A stretch of 34,860 bases of DNA. Origin: Candidatus Altimarinota bacterium (GTDB taxonomy: Bacteria > Patescibacteriota > Gracilibacteria > BD1-5 > UBA2023). The stretch spans positions 1 to 34,860 of the forward strand of contig JANNYQ010000057.1 in NCBI GenBank assembly GCA_031410215.1, read 5' to 3'. Position numbers and translations under genes: made by a program. Positions 11,655 to 22,915 of this stretch are shown one piece after another. A model generated the notes under the pieces. That model did not search any database, was not told where the DNA came from, and saw nothing but the letters and a program-made list of their open reading frames with translations. Every line of letters starts with the position of its first letter. The first letter of the stretch is position 1.

Positions 11655-11686
11655 AAAAAAAGTCTACATAAAAGTAGACTTTTTTT
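11655..11686. terminator. Terminator-like inverted repeat in a divergent intergenic region
   Basis: AAAAAAAGTCTAC-ataaaa-GTAGACTTTTTTT. Confidence 0.5.
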
Positions 11687-11698
11687 TATTCACCCTCC

Positions 11699-11726
11699 TT
11701 GACTGATCCCCTTTTCTCACTACACT
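11699..11726 (+). promoter_or_regulatory. Candidate promoter of the first ABC-F gene
   Basis: TTGACT-16 bp-TACACT. Confidence 0.45.
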
Positions 11727-11749
11727 CTGCCCAACTAAAGCACCATACC

Positions 11750-13576
11750 ATGTTCACGGATCTCATCACTCGCGTCATCACCGCTCACCCCGACTTCACC
11801 TCGGATGAGGTCGCCGAAGTGTGTCAGGCCTATATGGACTCCATGAGTAGCGAAAAAATCAAAGAAGAGACCAAGATGAAGCGACTCGTGAAGTATGTCG
11901 AGAAGGAGTTCGAACTCAGTGAATCTCGCCTAGAGAAGATATCGAACAAAATCTACAATCTGGAGTCCATTCCCGAGTATCTTTTTGCGTGAGATGCTCG
12001 TATCGTATCGGCACTCGTATCGATCACCGGACTGACCAAAAACATCGAACAAACGGAGCTCTTCACGGATGCTGAGTTGCAGATAACGCGTCGGGACAAG
12101 GTAGCCCTCATCGGTAAAAATGGAGCCTGAAAGACCACACTCCTCAAGATGATAATCGGTCGAGAGTGAGAATACAAGGGGACGATCGAGCGAGCGTCAG
12201 GACTCCGGGTCGGATACCTCTCGCAGGATCTCTTCTGGCAAGATACATCCAATACCCTCAGAGCCGAGATGCTCATGGTATTCCCAGATATCACCGAGCG
12301 AGTAGACCGACTCGCCGAGATCGAGTGGGACGATGAGCAGTGGGAAGAGGCAGATGCGATCAAGACCTACCTCAGAGATCACGATGGGTACCGCAGATAT
12401 GACTTGCAGACAGAGATACTCAGATATTTTGGATTCACCGATGCGATGCTCGATCAGCATGTCCTCTCACTCTCCGGAGGCGAGCAGACCAAGGTGCAGA
12501 TTGCGAAGTTCCTCATCACCGAGGTCGATCTACTCATCCTCGACGAGCCGACGAACCATCTTGATATCGAGGGGATTATTTTCCTCGAGAAATTTTGCAA
12601 AATCTGGAAAAAGGCGATCCTCTCAATCTCCCATGATATCAGATTCATCGATAATACCTCCGATCGGATCGTGGAGATCTCAGGCAAGCGTATCAACAAC
12701 TACCAGGGCAAATACTCAGAATACCTCGTGGAGAAACAAGCCAGGTACGATCGCCAACTCAAGGCCCATACCCTGCAAAAAAAGGAAATCGAAGAGCAAG
12801 AAGCATGGATCAATCGGTTCCGCTATACTCCGTCGAAGTCCAATAGTGTCCAGAGTCGTATCAAACAAGTAGATAAGATCGAGCGTATCGATAAGCCTGA
12901 GGGTGAATCGAGTGTAAGAGGTATCACGATCCGGGCTGGCAAGCGACTCCCTGAGAAGATCATGACCATCACGGATCTCGCTGTCGGGTACAATACACCG
13001 ATCATCACGACTCATGGAGAGATGATAGTAAGAAAAGATGACAAAATAGGCATCATCGGACGCAATGGAGCTGGGAAGACGACACTATTAAAAACAATCC
13101 TTGGTGAGCTTGCAGCCATATCTGGAACCGTCACAACCAATCCAGACCTCATCATTGGATCCTATTCTCAGGTGCTGGCAGACCTGGATGGCAGTGCGAG
13201 TATCATCACGGAGCTCGGACGCAACTACGAGAACGAGTGAGAGATCAGAGCGATGCTCGGTGGTCTCCTCATCACGGGTGACAAGGTGGATCAGACTATA
13301 CAGACGCTCTCAGGTGGAGAGCGAGCCAAGGTCGCACTCACCAAAATGCTCCTCACTCGCCCACACGTCATCATCATGGATGAGCCGACAAACCATCTGG
13401 ATCTCCATTCTAAGGAAGTGATCAAAAATATGCTCGAACACTTTGATGGGACGAGTCTCATTGTCTCCCATGACCGAGATCTCCTCGAACATATCTCCAA
13501 TAGAGTCTGGCTGATACAAGAGTGAGTACTGAGAGTTTTCGATGATAGCGAACGGTGATTTGCTGAGGTATTCTAG
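11750..13576 (+). CDS. ABC-F family ribosome-associated ATPase (608 aa) with an N-terminal extension
   Basis: Two nucleotide-binding domains: GKNGA(TGA=G)KT/LSGGE/LDEPTNHLD and GRNGAGKT/LSGGE/MDEPTNHLD. No TM segments. Ends in TAG. Confidence 0.93.
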
Positions 13577-13640
13577 CGGAGCTGCTTGTGTAGAGAGCAA
13601 TTCTCTATATAATTCAGAGGTATACTCAACGCAACACCAT

Positions 13641-14681
13641 ATGAAAAAACTCCTCATCTTCACAGATACATATACGGGGCAGATCAATGGTGTGAGTCGC
13701 TGTCTAGATAATCTCGCGAACAATCTCTCTCCTGATATACATCTCTCTATTATATCTTCGGATGACTTCGTGACTATCCCATTTCTGGGATACAAAGAAA
13801 TCCGACTCTCTCTAGCATTTCCACGCAATATCCTTGCTCGTATACGAGATATCCGCCCAGATTTTATCCATATCATGACCGAGTGACCCATAGGCCTGAC
13901 CGTCGCATATATCTGTCAGAGACGACATATTCCCTATACTACGACATTCCATACCAAGTACCCTGAGTATCTCAATATGAGAAACAGCCTCGTCAAAGAG
14001 GAATACGTCCACCAATATCTCCACTATATACATGATAGTGCTGAGGAGATATTCATCTCAAACTCAGGACTGGGCGAATACCTGATGAGAAACGGCTATG
14101 AGAACTCTACTATTGTTCCATTTGGTATCGATCATACTCTATTTTATCCTTGAGAAAGAACTCTATTTCTAGATATGGTAAGACCTATACTTCTTTATGT
14201 AGGACGCATAGCGATAGAGAAAAATATAATAGACTTTCTCGATATGGATACCAAATATGCAAAAATAGTAGTCTGAGATGGTCCTCTGTTAGAGTTATAC
14301 AAAGAGAAATATAGAGATATACAGTTTCTCGGGCAAAGGAGTGCATTAGAACTCGGTGAGATATACAGGAGTGTCGACGCATTTGTATTTCCTTCTAGGA
14401 CGGATACCCTCGGACTCGTGAATCTAGAGGCGATGGCCTGTGGACTCCCTATCATCGCCTATGACCTCGAGAATACAAGGTGCATAGTCGAGGATGGGGT
14501 CACGGGAGTACTCGTCCCTGAGGGGCAAAAACTCGAAACCGCAATCAAAGATATAGTGCATATCAGTTGCGAGGCATGTGCAGATTCTGTACGAGACGCT
14601 ACTTGGCAATACTATGCGAGAGAGTTCATTGCTCATCAATTCCCTATCAGCAAAACACTATGGACCTCAACCAATATCTAG
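13641..14681 (+). CDS. Glycosyltransferase family 4 (GT-B)
   Basis: FTDTYTGQINGVS, YVGRIAIEKNI and FVFPSRTDTLGLVNLEAMACGLP. Confidence 0.92.
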
Positions 14682-15337
14682 ATCCTCAGACTATCATATC
14701 TCTCCAAACTGGAGGCTATATATTTATGTTGATCCTTATGATCATAGAGGGACCGATTGTGACTTTCATTGCTGCATTTCTCGCGTCTCTTTGAGTTTTT
14801 GATATTTGGCTTGTATTGATACTCGGCTGGATGGGCGATATTCTCTGAGATCTATTGTTCTATAGTATTGGGAGATTCGGGTGGCAAATATTCCAGCGGA
14901 GTACTACGATCAAAAATCCAACACAATCATCGCTCATCCAAAAACTCGATCATCTCATCCAGACGAATCTCATCCTCGCTATCCTCGTCATCAAGTTCAC
15001 CCCGTATGCAGCACCCATCGGGCTCACCTATATCGGTAGGATGCGGGTCGATATACGGAAGTATCTCCTCGCTTCGATGGCACTCTGTATACCAATACCA
15101 CTCGTATCTGGACTCGTCGGGTACCATATCGGGATTATGAACACACTCATGAGCAGATACAGTGGAACAACATTGATGCTCTATATATTATGAGGCATCG
15201 GGATGATCGGTTTTGCTGTATGACTTTTCTTATTTCTCAGACAAAAATCGATACAAATCCTCAAGCAGGAATCGTCTATTTCGGGTAAAATCGAGAAAAA
15301 TACCACAGCTGATAGATCAACCGATGAAGTGGCATAA
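14660..15337 (+). CDS. DedA/VTT family membrane protein
   Basis: MIIEGPIVTFIAAFLASLG, GDILGDLLFYSIGRFG and KFTPY. Joined across TGAs to TAA. Confidence 0.85.
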
Positions 15338-15956
15338 CTGAGAGGATATCTCGAATCATACGGAGATCTGCGAGAGTCCCACGGATATATCAGATTTTCT
15401 CTGATTTTCTCGGTGTGATGACATCCTTGAGATAGATATTACTGACACTATATCCGAGTTCTATACTACGAGCATTGAGGAGTACCTCGAGTCAGAATCT
15501 TGATCATCTCAGATAGTATTGCTCATCATCGAATATCGTCCTCGGGAGGACTCGTTCCCCAGAGACAAAATCTGTACCCAGGAACTTGTAGATGGGGAGA
15601 CTATTCTCCCTAATAGAGAGACTGATGTCGGATTGCCTGTTCCTGATAGGATCGATCAGAGCGGTAATATGCGAAGGATATAGATAGAGTAAATCTGAGT
15701 CTATCATCACGATATATTCTCACTTCGCAATCCTGATTCCCGTGAGTACTGCATTGGTTTTTCATGCATTTTTTTCTAAAAATATGGTACGCAATTTCGG
15801 ATGAGTAAATGCATCGATCATCTCTCTAGTATTATCCATAGAGCAATCATCTACGACGATGACCTCATCGATATGATCACAACACAGAACTGCAGAAATT
15901 ACATTTGCGATGCGTGGTCACTCATTATATGCGGGGATAATGCAAGAGAAACTCAT
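15276..15956 (-). CDS. Glycosyltransferase family 2
   Basis: SCIIPAYNE(G), VIVVDDCSMDNT, NAGK, IDSDL (DxD), SGER and RFGLEV. Ends in TAG at 15276. Confidence 0.9.
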
Positions 15957-16061
15957 GATGTCTGTTATAGGATAAGCTAAGTATATGATAAAGAGATAAG
16001 AAGTACATTCCGAACCGAGCGCTTTATCTTGTATAAAGAGTTTTTTGTATATACTACTCCT

Positions 16062-17840
16062 ATGAATCATCTCAATATCAACATCAATACCTATGAGCGT
16101 GACGGCGATGTCATCATCGGTGATATCCATACAATCATCAACCAGGCTGACAGACTTGCTCTCATTGGACCCAACGGCGTCGGCAAGAGTACACTGATGC
16201 GGATCATCTCTGGAGAGATATCGGAATATGATGGCAATATCGAGAATATCGGTGGCATGACGCTCGGATATCTCGAGCAGATACACTTCATGGATGAGTC
16301 TATCACTATAAGAGATGAGCTCCGAGATGCATTCGCAGATATCCGAGCACTCGAACAGACTATAGTACGAGAAGAGATACAAATGGCAGAAACAGGAGAA
16401 TTCGAGGCGTACACCGAGGCGATCGAGAGATACAAGTTCCTTGGAGGATATACCTATGAGAATGAGGTAGAACGGGTGGCTCGTGGGATCGGGATATTTG
16501 AGCTCCTCGAAAAACCTCTATCGAATGTATCGGGTGGCGAACGGACCAAGATCGCTCTCGCAAAGATACTCCTCTCAAAACCTGATTTTCTCCTCCTCGA
16601 TGAGCCGACCAACTTCATCGATCTCGTATCAGTCGAGTGGCTCGAGCACTATCTCGAGCATACCTGGAAATGAGGATATATCATAGTCTCTCACGATCGC
16701 GAGTTCCTCGACCGCACTTGTAGTATCACCCTAGAAGTACTCGGAAAGGGCGGGATCAACACCTATCACGGCGACTACTCGTACTCCGTCGAGGAGCGAA
16801 AAAAGGTAAAAACCATACAAGACAAGAGATATGAAGAACAGCAGATCCATATCGAGAGTGAAAAGAAACTCATCAACCGATTCCGAGCAGGATCCCGATC
16901 AGGATTCGCAAAAAGTAGGGAGCGACAACTCGAAAAAGTCGAGATCATAGAGAAAGCAGAGACTCGTATAGGAGTCAACTTCATATTCGCATATGACAAA
17001 CATGGGCCCGAGACACTCATCAAGATCGAGGATACATTCATCGGACGACATGAGCCACTCTTCTTTGTTCGGAGTGCTATATTGTCAAGAGGAGATCGAG
17101 TATGAATTGTATGAGAAAACTGAGTTGGGAAATCTACTCTCATAAAAACTATACTGGGACAGATGAAGCCACTCGAAGGATATCTGAGTGTACATGAACA
17201 TGCTCGGATCCTCTACTTCTCACAACTCCATGAGACGCTCGACACAAGTACGAGTATATATGACAACTTCGTGCTCCATGGACTCCCATATTCTCATGAA
17301 CGAGTCGGGAGTATCATCTCGACCTATGGGTTCGAGTTCGCAGACTATACTAAGATCGTCGGTAACCTCTCTGGTGGAGAGAGGTCTCGTCTCCTTTTCG
17401 CTATACTAAGCCAGAATACGCTTGCATGGAAGCATACCAAGAAAACTGATATCCCAGAAAATGAAAATATAATTCCAGAATCCTCATCAGTATCCAATCT
17501 ACTGGTATTCGATGAGCCAACAAACCACCTCGATGCAGATACTCGAGAATCACTCGAGCGAGCAATTCGAGAATATCCAGGGACTGTACTCTTCATCTCT
17601 CATGATCGATACTTCGTAAACAAGCTCGCAGAGCGTCTCTGGATCATAGAGGATGGTGAACTCATCATCTCCTATGGCAACTATGAGGACTATCGGTACA
17701 AGCGTGAGCGAGGGATCGATCTCGATATGAGTCTCTTCAATGTGGATGGCGAGATGGATCTCGTCCTCGAGGAGAAACTGGGAGTCGTCGAGGCTCGCCG
17801 TATCAAGGAAAAGTTTGCCAGACGCAAGCTCAAGAAATAA
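16062..17840 (+). CDS. Second ABC-F family ATPase (592 aa)
   Basis: GPNGVGKST/VSGGE/LDEPTN and (G)EN(G)VGKST/LSGGE/FDEPTNHLD. Glycines of the second Walker A are encoded by TGA. Confidence 0.93.
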
Positions 17841-17882
17841 TAAAAAATTCTACCCCCGAGTAATCGAGGGTAGAATTTTTTA
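17841..17882. terminator. Bidirectional terminator
   Basis: TAAAAAATTCTACCC...GGGTAGAATTTTTTA between the ABC-F gene and the convergent fibre gene. Confidence 0.85.
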
Positions 17883-17910
17883 TGAATCAGTTTTTATTCA
17901 ATCCTATCAA

Positions 17911-20900
17911 TTATTGTATCACTGATATATAGTAGATCATCGATGGGAGATCGATAGTGGCTGCAGAGACATTACAGAACTTTGCCTCGACCGTATTGGC
18001 GGCTGACACTCGAGTATATGCTATGATCATACGATCAGCAAGTGCTGATGTAGGTGATATGGTAGCGACTCATCATATAGCTGCATTGGTAGCAGTAAAT
18101 GTCTGAGCAAGACAAGCAGAGGCTGCTATAGACGCTATATCAACAGTAGGTGCTACCTTGATAAAGGCATTGAGCTGAGTTCCGTTGGTTCCGAGCTCAA
18201 ATGTACCAGCGACATCGAGTTTCGATGTAGGGCTCGTACCGATACCTACATTTCCTGATGCATCGATCCTCATACGCTCTGTATTGTTAGTCGCGAATAC
18301 GACTGTACCATCTGCAGGAGAGAACATACCACCATCAGTATCTCCAGGAGATGAGAATAGATATCAGTTTGATCCATTGAATAAAGATCATCCCAATGCT
18401 CGCACTGCCCCGTCTACATCCAGCAAGCTCGATGGTGTTGATGTACCGATACCCACTGAACCGCTACTCATGATGCGCACTACTTCAACTGGTGCTATAT
18501 TGGTCGTAGTACTACGATTGGCGAATACGATATCTCCCTGAGTATTCCCTGTGGTACTCGTCGTGATGAATCAGATCTCAGCAGGAGCATATCTCGTCGT
18601 ACCAGCGAGTCCACTATAGCCGAATCCGATCGTCTGAAGAGCTGTTAGTCGGTTTTCGAGTCATCAGATATTGAGATATGGGGTACCATAGGCAACACTG
18701 AGATTGGCATCAGCTCATTGTATTCATCGTTTGATCATCATCTGTGGCACTGCAGAACTCGTCGATCATGATGGTGATCCTGCTACGACGAAGTGACGAT
18801 CTGGGAATGATGTCCCGATACCGACCTGTCCGCCACCACTGATTGCCTGGAGCTGTGAGTTGAGACCTGTATTGATATAGAGATACTCTGAGTGGTTAGC
18901 TGGTATCGAGAGTACTCTCTGCCATGGAGCTGGAGTCTGATAGGGTGAGTCGTTGGTATAGAGTCATCCTGTACTCGCTCAGTTGAACCGACCACTACGT
19001 GCAAAGAGTGGGGCATCACCACGAGCACCGAGTGCAAGTTGATACCCGAAAGTATCTCATTTTGCACTCATAGTGAACGAGTTATATGGACTCGCAGAGA
19101 GTCCCGTGACAGGATCAGCATTGGCACAATCATAGGCTCCTGGGGAACCATAGGTACCAGTTATCGAACAGAGAGCATCCGTACCGTCTTCTTTGAAATA
19201 TGGTCCATTGTTTGATGGGCCATCCCCCTTACTCACCACAAATGATTGTTTACCAGGGATAGCAAAATACTGATTAAAATCATAACTCACATTGAATGTA
19301 GTAAGATCAGGATTCGGAGTAGGTGGTGAATTGCGGAGAGTACCAGTATAGACGGCGATATTGCTGATCGGACTGATTGGCATGACCTTGCCTGATCAAT
19401 CAACACCAAGTGCAAGGACATTATTCGAGGTGAGAGGAGTAGAGAGATTGATACGAGCAAACCTGAGTCCAGAGTCATTGGCGATACCAGAGTCAATAAC
19501 GAACTTGGTAGTGAGTCCTACTCCAGTGCCTACACCAATATTGGTACCATTATCGAATATTTGAGAAGCATAGAGTCCAGTACCTCCAGTACCAAATTTG
19601 GAGATGTAGTTCTCTACTCCTCCTGTGATCCCTGTAGCTGTTGCACCTGAGAGTGATGATGACCATGTGGCGAGACCGGTGGCATCTGAGGTGAGGATCT
19701 TGCCCGCTCATGGTACACCTCCGGTGATACGCACTGTTCCGGATACCGTGAGAGTTGTAGTAGGTGAGCTCGTACCGATACCGACGAAGTTGCCCACATT
19801 GTACATCACGGATCCTGTGAGAGCATCTCAGAGGGTCGCATCCGCTCGTGGCATCTGATTCGGGAGAAATCCCAGTCATGAGACGCCCGCTGACCAGGCA
19901 CAGTTGGATCACATCTTATTCACTCCGTTGATCCACATACGACACTCCTGTCATCCATTCTCAGAGAGAGTGAGCATAGGATTGGTAGAATTCGTACTAC
20001 CGAGGGCCTCCACTGTGATATACCCGAGTGTAGCAGCTCATCAGAGGATACCCGTAATATCTCCTATATAGAGTTTTCACCCTGTCTCATAGAGTTGTGA
20101 ATTATTGATGAGTCCACCACTATCGAATTTGGATATATAGTTCGGTGTACCACTACTACGGACGAGATTATTAAGACCTGTCCATGATGATATACAGATA
20201 TCGTTGATACAGAGTCAGCTACCCGTATTGAGAATACTGCCCGATCCTCGGATATCGAACATATACTGTGGATTGATCGTGTTCATACCAATCCGCGATC
20301 AACTATAGTAGAGTGATGTAGGATAGAGCCCAGTACCTCCAGTACCAAAATATGGAATATAGTATCCAGAACCTCCTGTAATACCAGTAGCCGTAGTGGT
20401 ACCTGAGAATCCAGTCATCCAAGTAGCAAGACCACTCGCATCAGAGGTGAGGATCTTACCAAGACCTGGTGATCCTCCTGCAATCCGTATCTGATTTGAG
20501 AGATACAGGTTCTGCCATGGGAGTGCTACCGATCCGATATCGCGATACATAGCAGGAGCTCATACATCTGGGAGTAGAGATCCTGATATCGTCACATTGG
20601 CTACAGTACGATTGACTATCGTATCGGTGATGACCTTGCCCTGGACAGTGATATCACCTGTGATGAGAGCAGATCCTGATACTGTGAGCTTCGCTGATGG
20701 AGTCGATGTACCGATACCGATATTGGATCCTGAGTTGTAGATATTGACTGAGGGTACCCAGGTTGTACCATTGTAGTAGAGTGTAGAACCGAGCACTGAT
20801 CCAGAGATAGAGAGTCCTGTCGCGATCGGAGCAGCCCAGCTGGCAACTCCGAGTGCATCAGAGATAAGATAGTATCCACTGGCAGATCCACTCCGCATAC

Positions 20901-22872
20901 GGATCTGTCAGTTCACATCGAGGAGTGCTGTCGGAGATGTTGTACCGATACCGATACTACCACTATTACCATATATCCAGTTACCGATATTGAGCTGATT
21001 AGATCATGTTGCAGAGACTAGATTGACTCATGCACCTATGGCAATATTGTAACTACCAGATCCGAGATTTTGTCATGCATTGCTACCAATAGCAGTATTA
21101 TAGCTACCGAGCGTATTATTTTGGAGTGCAAATGCACCATTCGCTGTATTATTTGTTCCAAGAGTATTTGCCCAAAGTGAGCTAATTCCATTCGCTGTAT
21201 TATAGTTACCAGTAGTATTATATACGAGTGAATCATATCAGTTAGCTGTATTATAGTTACCACTACTATTATTCTGTAGACTGAGTCTACCTATAGCGGT
21301 ATTACCAGGCATACTGCCACCTCATCGACCTATTCTATATCAGTTGATGAGTATATCATATGGCACATCAAGTCGAGCTAATGGTACATTGGTACCTATA
21401 CCAACATTAGTACCATCATCGAATATCTGTGAGTTATTGATCCCCGTTCCCGTTGGCGTATATTTTGCTATATAGTTGGTAGTACCGACGAGTGGTCATG
21501 CGAGACCCAGAGTCGTGGTCGATGGTGCTGCTGCTGGAATTTGCCAAGTTGCTATACCTCCTGTATCACTCGTGAGAACTCTGCCATTTCATTGTGTGCC
21601 ATCAGCTATCTTGATATTGCCACCGATATCTAGACGAGCTATAGGATTGAGTACTCCGATACCGATATTGCCATTGTAGCCATAGATCACATTCCCGATA
21701 TTGAGCTGATTGGATGAGATATTACCGATATTGGGCTGTGTATTGTATCAGATGAATATATTATTATTTCCTGATGTCAGATTAGCTCCTGCGAGATATC
21801 CGAGAGCCGTATTATTGTATCCAGTATTATTATTATAGAGTGAGCTCATACCGACAGCAGTATTCTGGTATCCTGTGATATTGCCATAGAGGGCGTTATA
21901 TCCATTGGCCGTATTGGTAGCTATATTCCCTGCTCCTCGCCCCACTGTGACTCAGTTGATCGTAGCATCTGCGATAGTGACGAGATTGCTACTGGCACCC
22001 GAGAGGCGCATCCCCTCGATACTATTGCGTCGGAACACGAGATCCTGATTATCTGCGGTACCGACATAGTCAGTTGCTGAGGTAGTACCCGAGTTACCAG
22101 TCTGTCGCCAGAATGCTCCAGAAAGAGCGAAGTCTGCAGTACTCACAGAGGGTTGCCATGAGGCGAGACCCGTCGCATCAGAGGTCAGTACTCTCCCTGA
22201 GGCAAATCCACCACCCATGATACGGATCGTCCCCGCAATATCGAGCTTGGCACCTGGGACTGCAGTTCCGATACCGATATTGGTACCGTTATCAAAAAAC
22301 TGAGACGGATAGAGTCCTGTACCTCCAGTACCGAATTTTGATACGTAGTTCGCGACTCCTCCAGTGATCCCTGTAGCAGTAGCACCAGCAACTGATGATG
22401 ACCAATATGCGAGACCAGTGGCATCTGAGGTGAGTACACGATTAGTCCCAGGAGTTCCACCAGTGATCTTGACTTGTCAGTTGATCTCGAGACGAGCACC
22501 TGGAGTCGCTGTACCGACTCCAACATTGGTACCATCGTCATAGATCTGAGAATTGTTGATCCCTGTACCAGTAGGAGTATACTTGGCTACATAGTTTGGA
22601 GTACCGACGAGTGATCCTGAGAGGGAGAGGGTAGCATTGGATACTGCAGCAGTCGGGATGATCTGACAATGTGGCGTACCATCTAGACCAAATCCGTACA
22701 ACACCTCTCAGACATAACAATCTGTGAACATATTGGTGAAATACGTATTAAAATATCCACCAGTAGTCTCACTCGCAGGTGTACCTACAGGATAGGTCAC
22801 TGCATATGTCTTTGGTATAGCGAGTGATATGAGAGAGATGATACAGAAAAGCCGAGAAAAGAGAGATCGCAT
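17911..22872 (-). CDS. Giant secreted tail-fibre-like/adhesin protein A (1653 aa)
   Basis: One frame from ATG 22872 to TAA 17911 under code 25. Signal peptide MRSLFSRLFCIISLISLAIPKTYA, repeated VGIGT..P...L.V.G / VLTSDATGLASW modules and NTANG..AL repeats. Confidence 0.85.
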
Positions 22873-22915
22873 AAGGAAGAGTTACCAATTATAGTATATG
22901 ATTTGGAGAGAACTA

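Noticed and set aside
10182-11700. Integrative element at tRNA-Asn
   Set aside because: No duplicated tRNA 3' end (att site) and no integrase found in the window.
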